Notes: generated by a model not told the origin, from the sequence alone. Shown: positions 8,430 to 17,970, counted from the stretch's first letter. The stretch: 64,000 bases of DNA from an uncultured Candidatus Actinomarina sp. (GCA_902622665.1 CACNQV010000001.1:51666-115665), one strand, 5' to 3'. Numbers and translations are program-made.

Positions 8430-9771
8430 ATTTATTTGAATTTTCTTCTTTTTTAAAATCTGTTTTGAACAATATGTATGAATTAAAAAAATAAAAGAGC
8501 AATTTCCACCCATCTTTAAATCTAGAAATATTAGTACTGCCATATTTTCTTGATCTATAGTAGACAGGAAGTTCAACAATTTTCTGTGAAGAGTATGCTG
8601 CGGAAAAAATTAAATCGAAATCGCAAAAAGGATCTTTGAATTTCATACTATTCTGCCATTTTTTTATATTCTCGATATTTTCTTTTTTAAACACTTTAGT
8701 TCCACAAAGCGAATCAGTTAAACTTACTGATATAAGTTTAGATATAATAAATTGAAAAAATCTATTTCCTAACTTATTTAATGATTGCATTGCTCCCTCT
8801 TCCATTTTGTAAATTAGTCGAGTACCATTTACAAAATCCGCATGACCATTTTCTATAATTTCAAAGAAATCAACTAACTTCTCTGGATCAACGCTTAAGT
8901 CAGAATCAAGAATTGCAATTGCATCTTTATCAGATAATTCTAGGCCCTCCCAGACTGCATTTGCTTTACCGTTTTTTGATTGGGTTAGTACCTTAATTAC
9001 ATTTTCTGGTCTACTCTCTATTAAAGATTTTGCTTTCTCTAGAGTATTATCAGTTGACCTTCCGCAAACAATAATAATTTCATAATCAGTTTCAAAGTGG
9101 GGAATTCTATTCAATAGTTCATCTAGGTTACCTTCCTCATTTTTTGCAGGTACGATAATCGATTTTGAAATTTTTTTATTTTCGACCTTCTTGTTTGAAT
9201 ATATTAAATAATTTCTAATTCCCAAATTTAAAAAAGGCAGAAAAAGATACATTAAATAATTAAACATCGGACCGAGGCCAAAAAATTTAAAAGGTATATA
9301 AATCCTGTTATAGCTTTTAACTTTTTCATAATTTGCTGCTTTCAAAATATTTTCAACTTTATTTGGCTTTATGTAAGATTTAAATTTAGATGGTTCTTTG
9401 AGTCCAATTTTTTCAATAAATTTTATTAGTTGGTACCAGAGTGGATTAGTACTCGATAAGATTAATAGTCCTTCATCTTTCAAGAATGACTTGACAATTT
9501 TTAATGCACTGTAGACGTCATCAGTTAGTTCAAAAATATCGGTTAAAATCATTAGATCCATATTTCTCTTTTTGAGAACTTCATTAAGTTGCGCTTCGAG
9601 AGTTTTTTCTTCATCCTCAATCAAAATATTATTGAAATATTCTTTTGGAAATTTTGAATTTTTATTAAATATATTTATATAATTTGTATCTTGAGTTATG
9701 TATTTAGAAATCTCATTCTGGTGACTTTTGTAGAAATAATCTCTTGAAAATAGTGTTTTTGAATTACTCAT
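8422..9771 (-). CDS. fusion protein: degenerate methyltransferase-like N-domain, two TM helices, and a GT2 (polyprenol-phosphate glycosyltransferase-like) domain
   Basis: N-terminal DLMILTDIFELTDDVYSALKIVKSFLKDEGLLILSSTNPLW resembles the post-motif-I part of class I methyltransferases, but no GxGxG loop is seen. The hydrophobic segment is FGLGPMFNYLMYLFLPFL. The C-terminal part has IIVPAKNEEGNL...IIIVCGRSTDNT...LDSDL, which is GT2/DPM1-like. Confidence 0.7.
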   Translation of the reverse strand: MSNSKTLFSRDYFYKSHQNEISKYITQDTNYINIFNKNSKFPKEYFNNILIEDEEKTLEAQLNEVLKKRNMDLMILTDIFELTDDVYSALKIVKSFLKDEGLLILSSTNPLWYQLIKFIEKIGLKEPSKFKSYIKPNKVENILKAANYEKVKSYNRIYIPFKFFGLGPMFNYLMYLFLPFLNLGIRNYLIYSNKKVENKKISKSIIVPAKNEEGNLDELLNRIPHFETDYEIIIVCGRSTDNTLEKAKSLIESRPENVIKVLTQSKNGKANAVWEGLELSDKDAIAILDSDLSVDPEKLVDFFEIIENGHADFVNGTRLIYKMEEGAMQSLNKLGNRFFQFIISKLISVSLTDSLCGTKVFKKENIENIKKWQNSMKFKDPFCDFDLIFSAAYSSQKIVELPVYYRSRKYGSTNISRFKDGWKLLFYFFNSYILFKTDFKKEENSNKYE

Positions 9772-9815
9772 GTTTTATGTAATTGTATTCTTTGTTGAAT
9801 ATATTGTAAATTAAT

Positions 9816-10634
9816 TTAATTTTCTACATCTTGATGTTTCAAAATTCCAAACATCTTATGTGTCCTTAAAGTGGACCATGATAATTTATAGTGATGCATC
9901 AATAAAGTTAATACTGCTTGATCTTGCCTGTGATTTAAACGACTACTGCCTTCGGGTGAAATTACTTCTTTAATAATTGAATATGAATACCAATCTTCTA
10001 GCATTCTTACTGATTGGGAATTAACTTGAGAAAATCCAACAATTCCACCACTTATATTCCTTTTATTAAGAACTGACTGTGAAATCTTCATTAATTTTAT
10101 TGTCTCAAGATGTGTCCATTTTTTAACTTTGTCAGAACTTTCAGGTGAGTAAAAACCATTTTTGGTAATTAATATTTTTATTTTACTTAAACTTTTTGTA
10201 ATAATACAGCCAGCATCAAGCCAAATAACATTACTGCCGCTTTCTTTGAATTCATTCCTTATTGAAATAGGTTTCCACGCATATGAACCTAGCTTATTAA
10301 ATTGGTCTCGTTCTGAGACGAAAGGTGGATAGTCTTCGAAATTAAAATCTATTATTTCATAATTGTATAGTTTTTGAATTAACTCTATTTCATGATTATC
10401 AAGTCCTAAATTGATGATCTTAACGGTAGTATTTGATTCATAAATAGAAAGTGACTTTAGCAAATTTAAAAGGCTATTGAAGTGAGTTGAATCTGATCCG
10501 GTTAATATTGTAAATCCAAGATTGTTAGATTTTTTAATAAAGATAGAAAATACGATTAAAAATACATCAGTTAAGTATCTTCTAAGATTAAGAATGTATT
10601 TTTTAAATATATCCATTTTTTTTTGATAGTTCAA
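9816..10634 (-). CDS. hypothetical N-terminally anchored protein (possible glycosyltransferase)
   Basis: 272-aa ORF with an N-terminal hydrophobic helix (VFLIVFSIFI). Motifs WLDAGCI, SGGIVGF and HRQDQAVLTLL are present; I could not assign a family with confidence. Confidence 0.5.
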   Translation of the reverse strand: MNYQKKMDIFKKYILNLRRYLTDVFLIVFSIFIKKSNNLGFTILTGSDSTHFNSLLNLLKSLSIYESNTTVKIINLGLDNHEIELIQKLYNYEIIDFNFEDYPPFVSERDQFNKLGSYAWKPISIRNEFKESGSNVIWLDAGCIITKSLSKIKILITKNGFYSPESSDKVKKWTHLETIKLMKISQSVLNKRNISGGIVGFSQVNSQSVRMLEDWYSYSIIKEVISPEGSSRLNHRQDQAVLTLLMHHYKLSWSTLRTHKMFGILKHQDVEN

Positions 10635-11343
10635 AAACTTCTATAATAATATTTTTGAATTGTTTGTAGGGAATAGGCATATGATAATCGGTATATTCTA
10701 CTTTTTTTGATTGTAAATTAAACAATACACTGTCCGTTTCAGCTCTATCTATTCTGTTGAAATGTAGTGTTTGGTCATCAAAGTAAATTACTCTATTGGG
10801 ATATTTTTTATCGAATTTGGAGATATATTTTTTTAACATCAGTTGATCTGTATACCAGTTTTGATTCCCTTTTTTATAATTAATTGGATACCAATTTATT
10901 AATTTATTTACAATATCTGATTCACTTTTGATATTAAAAATTTCTTTCCAAACCTTACCGTTTGCTAAAGTCCAGCAAATAGGAACCATAGTTTCAGTTA
11001 TAAATCCCCATCTATAAATTACAAACATGTGACTAGGTATGTCTTTTACATTATCTACAAAATATTTTTTTGAAAGAGGTAAATCATCTATATCAGACGT
11101 AATTGAATTTTTATCTTGAAAAAGAGCGGGCGCTAAAATTCTAATATTTTGTGCAACAAAAACTGGATCTAATCCATCTATATAAAAATTAATAACATTT
11201 CCATCTAAATTAATTTTCTCTTTACCTGTGTAGATTAAAACTGGCTCAATATCCATTCTTAACCAGGCTTCAGATACAATAGGCCAAAAATCTAAGTATT
11301 CTTTATTGTTGTTTGAAGCAAGTATGACTTTATCTATTTTCAT
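10603..11343 (-). CDS. hypothetical protein (no family recognised)
   Basis: 246-aa ORF beginning MKIDKVILASNNNKEYLDFWPIVSEAWLRM, with WYTDQLMLKKY later. Shares a 4-nt overlap with the upstream gene. Confidence 0.5.
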   Translation of the reverse strand: MKIDKVILASNNNKEYLDFWPIVSEAWLRMDIEPVLIYTGKEKINLDGNVINFYIDGLDPVFVAQNIRILAPALFQDKNSITSDIDDLPLSKKYFVDNVKDIPSHMFVIYRWGFITETMVPICWTLANGKVWKEIFNIKSESDIVNKLINWYPINYKKGNQNWYTDQLMLKKYISKFDKKYPNRVIYFDDQTLHFNRIDRAETDSVLFNLQSKKVEYTDYHMPIPYKQFKNIIIEVFELSKKNGYI

Positions 11344-11738
11344 TTATAATTTTCATAAGATTTTTGTTCTTTAATATTTGAGTTAAATAAAGCATTTATT
11401 TTTGATTTGATTTCAAACCTTTCATCGTTGGTGTAATAAACTTTTCTTGCAAGCTCTATAAATTCTGAATTAAATTTTTTTTGTTTTTCTAATCTTCTAA
11501 TTGAATCTTCAATGTTCCAAAGCTTTTTATTAATTGCTAATAATTCTTCGTAGTAGGGTAAAACTGTTTTTTGTTCGCTTTTAATTTTATCGAAAATGCT
11601 TGAAAGATATCTGTACTCATTTGTAACTTGGTTTATTTTTGACTTTTCAGATATCATCTCTAATTTAATTTCTAAAATAGTCAATTTATCTACTAACTCA
11701 CCATATGATACTGGTATTTCAATCATCATATTCAACAT
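11340..11738 (-). CDS. small helical protein (DUF6165/DUF4254-like?)
   Basis: 132 aa. YGELVDKLTILEIKLEMI and NKKLWNIEDSIR resemble small coiled-coil proteins common in polysaccharide islands; the family assignment is from memory only. Met4 or Met5 are alternative starts. Confidence 0.45.
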   Translation of the reverse strand: MLNMMIEIPVSYGELVDKLTILEIKLEMISEKSKINQVTNEYRYLSSIFDKIKSEQKTVLPYYEELLAINKKLWNIEDSIRRLEKQKKFNSEFIELARKVYYTNDERFEIKSKINALFNSNIKEQKSYENYK

Positions 11739-12459
11739 ACGTCCATTTATTACTTAAGTGTAAATTATTTTTACGCAAATTATGGTAATAAAGTTTAGCC
11801 CTTTTATTAACTCTTTCAACTAAATGCAAAAAACTACTATTTATACAGTGTATTGTTTGAGCACTTTCAATCAGGCCCTTATACAAAAAAAGATTCATAA
11901 ATAAATCAGATTCTTTTGAAACATATATTGCATTTTCTTTATCGGTAAACTTTAAATCAAATTTACCTCCAGGAAACTGGTATTCATTATGAATAATTGA
12001 ATAAGATTTTGGATTAACATTATAAAAATTAATTAGATGCTCTTTTAACAAAATCTCTTTATTAATATCGCTAGGAATATTGAAATATTTTTTAGAATAA
12101 CGATATGGAAGACCTAGTTGTTTGTAAAATGCCAAATTAAACGGCTGGTCTTTAACATTCTGGTATCCAACCCTCAAAATTTTTAAATTTTTGGATGAAG
12201 CAAATTCATCAATATCTTCCTCTCTTGATTCATTTGATATTTTGAAAAGACTTAATTTTTTATTTTCAGAATACAAAAATTGAACTGTGTTAAAAAGGTT
12301 TTCTTTTACTGGTAGATAAATTTTGGAGTATTTAGTTGAGAGGAAATTTACAAGACCATTACAAATTATTGTATCTCCCAAACCCAAATGATGGTGTAAC
12401 ACAAACTCATCACCTAAGTTTTTTAAGCTGAATGATTCTCTTTGAAACGAGTCTTTCAT
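11719..12459 (-). CDS. hypothetical protein, short GT9-like (heptosyltransferase-fold)?
   Basis: HHHLGLGDTIICNGLVNFL resembles the N-terminal GD motif of GT9. C-terminal LIESAQTIHCINSSFLHLV resembles the GT9 DSGxxH region. At 246 aa it is shorter than canonical GT9 enzymes. Confidence 0.4.
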   Translation of the reverse strand: MKDSFQRESFSLKNLGDEFVLHHHLGLGDTIICNGLVNFLSTKYSKIYLPVKENLFNTVQFLYSENKKLSLFKISNESREEDIDEFASSKNLKILRVGYQNVKDQPFNLAFYKQLGLPYRYSKKYFNIPSDINKEILLKEHLINFYNVNPKSYSIIHNEYQFPGGKFDLKFTDKENAIYVSKESDLFMNLFLYKGLIESAQTIHCINSSFLHLVERVNKRAKLYYHNLRKNNLHLSNKWTYVEYDD

Positions 12460-12576
12460 TTAATATATTTTCCTATTTGTAATATTAATGTTTAAGGATA
12501 GTTTTCTAATAAATTATTAATTTTTAAAATTCATGACTTAGAATGGCTTTAACATTATTAAAATCTAAATTTATAT

Positions 12577-13125
12577 ATGAATAATATGCAATCTTCCTAT
12601 AGCTTAAACAACTATGATTCTGTTTTTAATGAAATAATTACAACCGTTAATCCAACCTCAATATTAGAGATTGGGATTCTTGATGGATATTCATTAAATT
12701 CCTTTGTTAAATATCGCCAAAAAAATTGTAAAATAACTGCTATTGATTTGTTTGAAAAATATAAATATAAAAATGCAAATTTTGAAGAAATAATTACTAA
12801 ATTTCAAAATCTAAAGGGAATTAATATCGAATATGGTAATTTTTACGATTACCATAAAAATTGTTCAAATTTTGACTTAATACACGTTGATATTTCTAAT
12901 GATGCAGATACATACAGATATGCAATAAATAATTATCTTCCTATTGCAAATAAAGTTTTAATGCTTGAAGGAGGTAGTTTAGAAAGAGATTCTGTTGATT
13001 GGATGAAAAAATATAACAAGCCGAAAATTAATAACTATTTATTATCAATAAAAGATTCCTACCCTCATAAAATATATGAAGAATTTCCATCATTAACTGT
13101 TTTTTATAAAGATAAATTAAATTAA
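12577..13125 (+). CDS. class I SAM-dependent methyltransferase-fold protein
   Basis: SILEIGILDGYSL (motif I-like), ITAIDLFE and DLIHVDISND. Confidence 0.6.
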   Translation: MNNMQSSYSLNNYDSVFNEIITTVNPTSILEIGILDGYSLNSFVKYRQKNCKITAIDLFEKYKYKNANFEEIITKFQNLKGINIEYGNFYDYHKNCSNFDLIHVDISNDADTYRYAINNYLPIANKVLMLEGGSLERDSVDWMKKYNKPKINNYLLSIKDSYPHKIYEEFPSLTVFYKDKLN

Positions 13126-13769
13126 TGAATAGTTTATTAATCCTTAATTCTTCAATAATTATTAAAAAACCTATCCTATCTTTTGATAATATAAAAATTG
13201 AGTATGGAAAAAAAAGAATTGATTCATACAAATCAGGTTTTACTGCTCTTGCAGAGCTTAAGATCTATAGTAATTTTAATTCCGTAGTCTTGATCGATAA
13301 TACAGTAAAAAAAATTTCATCTTTGCCTCAAGATATGTTAAGCCTTCTACCTAAAAATACTGAATTTTTACTCAGGAAAAAAAATAAAGTAGGTAGAAAA
13401 AATAAAGGTGCTGGAATGCTTGAAGCTTTAAAGTTTAACAAAGAGTTTTTTGAAAAGTATGATAAAGTTTTTTACTTTGAACCAAGACTTATCATTAAAA
13501 GTGATTCTTTTATTCAAGATTTTATTTCTGATAATTCAAATTATTTTTCACTAGAAAGCCATCAAAGAGTGAAAAGTGGATATTTTGGAAGTATATCAAA
13601 AGATTTAATTGAATTTGTTGATAAATTTGATACAAAACAATTAATTGATAAAAATCTACATATTGAAAATATAATGTATGACTTTTATGCTCAAAAAAAT
13701 ACACAATTTAAAAATATTGAAATTTCAAATTGGAAAAATTACCTTTCAAATTTATATGAACCTTATTAA
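13125..13769 (+). CDS. hypothetical protein (no family recognised)
   Basis: 214-aa ORF. Its ATG overlaps the TAA of the upstream gene by 1 nt (TAATG). Confidence 0.5.
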   Translation: MNSLLILNSSIIIKKPILSFDNIKIEYGKKRIDSYKSGFTALAELKIYSNFNSVVLIDNTVKKISSLPQDMLSLLPKNTEFLLRKKNKVGRKNKGAGMLEALKFNKEFFEKYDKVFYFEPRLIIKSDSFIQDFISDNSNYFSLESHQRVKSGYFGSISKDLIEFVDKFDTKQLIDKNLHIENIMYDFYAQKNTQFKNIEISNWKNYLSNLYEPY

Positions 13770-13811
13770 TTAATTAACGATATTGTATTTTATATTTATT
13801 AATATGCATAT

Positions 13812-14852
13812 ATGTCAAAGAAAGTCGTTGTAACTGGTGGTGCTGGTTTTATTGGACATATTCTTATAAAATACATACTTGATAACACAGACTGGGAAGT
13901 CATCAGTTTAGATAGACTAGATTATTCTGGTAATCTGAATAGATTTTCTCATATGTTGAAAGATTATCCAGAGAAAGAAAAGACAAGATTACAAATTATA
14001 TATCATGATTTAAAATCGGAAATTAACAATCTTCTTGATGGTAAAATTAAAGATGCCGAAATAGTATTTCATCTTGCAGCATCTTCACATGTAGATAGAT
14101 CGATAGTTGATCCACTAACATTTGTTGAGGACAATGTCTTAGCCACGGCAAATTTATTAAATTATGCAAGGTTTATGGACAATTTGGAACTCTTGGCTTA
14201 TTTCAGCACTGATGAAGTGTTTGGTCCAGCTAAGCCAGGACAATCGTTTTTAGAATGGGACAGATACAACAGCACAAATCCTTACAGTGCTGCAAAAGCT
14301 GGTGGAGAAGAGCTGGCAATAGCGTTTGAAAATACTTATGGATTACCTATTGTAATTAGCCACTGCATGAATGTTTATGGAGAAAGACAACATCCTGAAA
14401 AATATATTCCTAATACGTTATGGAAATTAAAAAATAATAAAAAGATTACTATTCATGCGAGTAAAGACAAAAGTACTCCAGGAAGTCGGCACTACATTTA
14501 TTCAGAAGATGTGGCAAATTCAGTTATGTTTATCACTGAAAATTTTGAAAAACTAAAAAAAATGCAGTTTCCTATTGATGATATTGGACCAAAATGTCTA
14601 AAAGTTAATATTCCCGGAACAAAAGAATTAGATAACCTAGAAGTTGCAAAATTAATTTCAGAATTTTCTGGATTTAGTCTTGATTACGAATTAGTAGATT
14701 TTCATTCATCTCGTCCAGGTCATGACTTAAGATATGCAATTGATGGAACATTTATAAGGAAAGCTGGTTGGGAACCAAATTACACAGTTGAAGATAGCTT
14801 AGAAAAACTAGTTAAATGGTATTTAGAAAATCCTGAGTGGTTAGAATTTTAA
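13812..14852 (+). CDS. rfbB: dTDP-glucose 4,6-dehydratase-like NDP-sugar dehydratase
   Basis: VVTGGAGFIGH, DRLDYSGNL, STDEVFG and YSAAKAGGE motifs match RmlB/RfbB-type 4,6-dehydratases. 346 aa. Confidence 0.75.
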   Translation: MSKKVVVTGGAGFIGHILIKYILDNTDWEVISLDRLDYSGNLNRFSHMLKDYPEKEKTRLQIIYHDLKSEINNLLDGKIKDAEIVFHLAASSHVDRSIVDPLTFVEDNVLATANLLNYARFMDNLELLAYFSTDEVFGPAKPGQSFLEWDRYNSTNPYSAAKAGGEELAIAFENTYGLPIVISHCMNVYGERQHPEKYIPNTLWKLKNNKKITIHASKDKSTPGSRHYIYSEDVANSVMFITENFEKLKKMQFPIDDIGPKCLKVNIPGTKELDNLEVAKLISEFSGFSLDYELVDFHSSRPGHDLRYAIDGTFIRKAGWEPNYTVEDSLEKLVKWYLENPEWLEF

Positions 14853-16013
14853 TTACCATCCCTCTTTAATAGATTCGACAATATATTCTCGTTCAGCCTC
14901 GCCTACCCACCAACCTACTGGTATGCATACCATTTCATCAATAAATGATTCCAAAAGAGGCAAGTCTTCCTGATAAGACTTAGTTGCTGTATGTTTATCA
15001 TTCCTCTCATGAACTCTGCTTACTATAATATTTTTATTTTTCATGTGCTCCATAAATCTATCTCTATTTTTTACTTTTATTGTGTATATCCAAAACGGAA
15101 CACTGTAATCATTTGAATAGTCCATTAATTCCACATTTTTGATATTTTTTAATTTATCATTGTAATAAATTCCATTATTTTCATGTTTTTTTAACAAATC
15201 TTTTGTTACTGGTTCAAAGTTCATTCTTCCTATATATGCATTGACATCATTCATGTGAAATTTGAAACCTACATTTAAAATATCAGACTCACATCTAAAG
15301 TCTTTTCTGTTTTCTTCTCTGTCAATGCCGTACCACCTTAGAAGCTTTGCTCTGTCTACATCTTCTTTATAGTTAAAATTTATACATCCACCATCAACAG
15401 ATGTTAAGTGTTTTATAGCTTGAAAGCTAAAAGAGCTAATATTTCCGGTGTTACCAATCATCTCTTTGTCAGTTTTTGTACCAAAAGCATGAGCTGAGTC
15501 TTCGATGATAACAAATTTGAAGCCATATTTTTGATAAAAATTATTTTGAATTTCTCTTAACCTATCTAGGTCAACGGGATATCCACCCCAATGAACTACT
15601 AAAACTGCTTTAGTATTTTTGTTTACCTTACTTTCTAAATCATCTAAGTCCATGTTGCAATTTTCTGGATTTACATCAACCCACCTTAAATTTATATCAT
15701 TTAAGATTATTGGCCAATTGGTAGCAGTACATGTTAATGGAGTTGTTAAAACATGATCTAGGGCTGTATCAATTTTTACTTTATCCTCACCTAATCCATA
15801 TTCTTTTAACATATGAAAAATTAAGTGTAGACCAGATGTTGCTGAATTTGTTGTGACAACTTTGTCATTACTAAAGTAATTTTTTAATACTTCTTCAAAT
15901 TTTTCTACTTCAGGACCTTGTGTAATATACCCGCTTGATAAGACCTTGGAAACGGAACCCGAAGCTTTATCACTCATAAAAACTTTAAATAATGGTATTG
16001 GACTATCAGTCAT
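14853..16013 (-). CDS. DegT/DnrJ/EryC1/StrS-family PLP-dependent sugar aminotransferase
   Basis: GPEVEKFEE..., SATSGLHL, and SFQAIKHLTSVDGGCI (putative PLP-lysine region). 386 aa. Its stop abuts the rfbB stop. Confidence 0.8.
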   Translation of the reverse strand: MTDSPIPLFKVFMSDKASGSVSKVLSSGYITQGPEVEKFEEVLKNYFSNDKVVTTNSATSGLHLIFHMLKEYGLGEDKVKIDTALDHVLTTPLTCTATNWPIILNDINLRWVDVNPENCNMDLDDLESKVNKNTKAVLVVHWGGYPVDLDRLREIQNNFYQKYGFKFVIIEDSAHAFGTKTDKEMIGNTGNISSFSFQAIKHLTSVDGGCINFNYKEDVDRAKLLRWYGIDREENRKDFRCESDILNVGFKFHMNDVNAYIGRMNFEPVTKDLLKKHENNGIYYNDKLKNIKNVELMDYSNDYSVPFWIYTIKVKNRDRFMEHMKNKNIIVSRVHERNDKHTATKSYQEDLPLLESFIDEMVCIPVGWWVGEAEREYIVESIKEGW

Positions 16014-16060
16014 TATTTATAATTATAAATCATATTGAACTAAATAATATATTTAATTAC

Positions 16061-17203
16061 TTACTTACTTAATATGTCAAAAAATTTTTTGACCATTATC
16101 TTTTCATCAAAAAGTGAACAAGCTTTATCAAAAACATTATTACTAATATCTTTAATATTTTTGTGCTCATGGAGTTGAATTAGTTTATTCGAAAGATCTG
16201 AATAATTATATTGTTCAAATTTAAACTCATAATCATCAGGAAAAAATTCTGACATACCTCCAAACTTTGGAAAAACAGCAGGTATTTTCATAGATGAGGC
16301 TTCACAAAGTAGCCTTGGTTGACCTTCATACATTTTTGTCGCAGTTATAACTCCTCTTGCATTTTTAATTATTTTCAATGTTGAATCATTATCTAATTCG
16401 CCAAGAAAATTTATATTGGGAAAATTATATTTGTCTTTTAAAGTTTCTAAATTTTTACCATCACCAATTAATTTAAGATTTACATTTTCTAGTTTTGCTT
16501 CAATGAAGGCGTTAATTAGTTCTTCAGTTCCTTTTTCAGTTGAAATTCTACCTGCATAAACAAAGTAATCGCTGTCAGAATTAAAGCTTCCATCAATTAT
16601 ATTTATTGGGTTAAGGTAAATATTTATATTATTTGAATTAAAACCTAAATTTTCTAAAATTTTCCTTTGGAATCGAGTCATAACCAAAAGTTGAAAATCA
16701 TAATTTTTTAATATTTTGTAATATTTTTTACCATAAATTATTACAAAAAAAGACTTTAGATAAGAGTTTTGAAAATATTTATTAAATATTCTTTTACCTT
16801 TAGACAAGTTGCACATCTCGCAAATATTTTGACTTTTTAAATGTCCTACAATAAAAAAATGCCTTGTGCAGTAATATCTGAAGTTATGGATCTTGACTAA
16901 AACTTTTATATTTGATTTTTTAAGAATTTTAAAAATGCCAAGATTTGCTCTAAACCAAGTGTTGTGAACGTAAACTACATCTGGGTTAAATTCGTTTATT
17001 TTATGTTTTAAGAGCTTGTTAGATGAATAATTTGAACCTATAAAAAATGCTATAAGGTCGAAGATGTTTAATCTTTTAGAGTTTTTATATTCAAGATATT
17101 CTACGTCAAAATTTTTTTGAAGAAGCTTTATTTCATCAATTATATTTGAATCTTCACCACCAAACTGGCTGTAAGAAGTATTAACAACCAATATTTTTTT
17201 CAT
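16061..17203 (-). CDS. glycosyltransferase family 4 (GT-B)
   Basis: YAGRISTEKGTEELINAF and EGQPRLLCEASSMKIPAV...GGMSEF motifs. Confidence 0.75.
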   Translation of the reverse strand: MKKILVVNTSYSQFGGEDSNIIDEIKLLQKNFDVEYLEYKNSKRLNIFDLIAFFIGSNYSSNKLLKHKINEFNPDVVYVHNTWFRANLGIFKILKKSNIKVLVKIHNFRYYCTRHFFIVGHLKSQNICEMCNLSKGKRIFNKYFQNSYLKSFFVIIYGKKYYKILKNYDFQLLVMTRFQRKILENLGFNSNNINIYLNPINIIDGSFNSDSDYFVYAGRISTEKGTEELINAFIEAKLENVNLKLIGDGKNLETLKDKYNFPNINFLGELDNDSTLKIIKNARGVITATKMYEGQPRLLCEASSMKIPAVFPKFGGMSEFFPDDYEFKFEQYNYSDLSNKLIQLHEHKNIKDISNNVFDKACSLFDEKIMVKKFFDILSK

Positions 17204-17262
17204 AATTATTTACAATGTTAATTCTAAAAGTAGTATATTTGTAAAATATTAATTTTAAAAAA

Positions 17263-17970
17263 GTGAAAGATATAAACCTAACTGCTATTGTTCCAATATT
17301 TAATGAGGAAAAGTATCTTTTTGATTCGGTAACACGTTTGCAAAAAACAAATATATTCAATGAAATTATTTTAATAGATAATTGCTCTACAGATGAGAGC
17401 TTTGCTATAGCTCAAAATCTAAAAGAAAAAGATAGTTCAATTTCAGTATTACAAACAAACACAAACAGTGGAAAAGCATCTGCAGTACAACTCGGTTTAA
17501 ATTTTGTAAAAACTTCTCATGTAATAACCCATGATGCTGATTTAGAATACTTCCCAGAAGATATTGTAGAAATGTTTGAGGTAGCAAAAATGCACCCAAA
17601 TGATTTGATACTTGGATCTAGGATTATAGGAAATAAAGAAAGAAAAAAAGTTTACTTTACTACTTATTTTGGCAATAGAATTTTATCCATAATGTTTTCA
17701 TTTATTAATAGATACAAGGTGTCAGATATTTCGACTTGCTATCAAATGTATAGTTTGAAAAATATACAAAAACTTAGCTTGAATGAAAAAGGTTTTGGGA
17801 TGGAATTAGAAGTTCTCTCTAAATTCATAAAGCTTGGTATCGAAATAATTGAGGTTCCTATAAAATACGAAGGAAGAAGTTACAGTGAAGGGAAAAAAAT
17901 TAAACTTTCTGATGCTTTAAATATTGCATTTAAGATGATCAAGTATTCAAAATTAAATCTATTCTCTTAA
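17263..17970 (+). CDS. glycosyltransferase family 2, polyprenol-phosphate glycosyltransferase-like (DPM1/GtrB/ArnC type)
   Basis: GTG start. AIVPIFNEEKYL, ILIDNCSTDES and THDADLEY motifs. Short soluble form of 235 aa. Confidence 0.75.
   Translation: MKDINLTAIVPIFNEEKYLFDSVTRLQKTNIFNEIILIDNCSTDESFAIAQNLKEKDSSISVLQTNTNSGKASAVQLGLNFVKTSHVITHDADLEYFPEDIVEMFEVAKMHPNDLILGSRIIGNKERKKVYFTTYFGNRILSIMFSFINRYKVSDISTCYQMYSLKNIQKLSLNEKGFGMELEVLSKFIKLGIEIIEVPIKYEGRSYSEGKKIKLSDALNIAFKMIKYSKLNLFS

Noticed and set aside
8430-8579. 50-codon N-terminal extension (TTG start) of the GT2 gene in the ORF track.
   Set aside because: The extension lies inside the 3' end of the upstream GT2-fusion gene and has no GT2 similarity. 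The GT2 fold begins right after the ATG at 8427-8429 (MNKLVSVII...).
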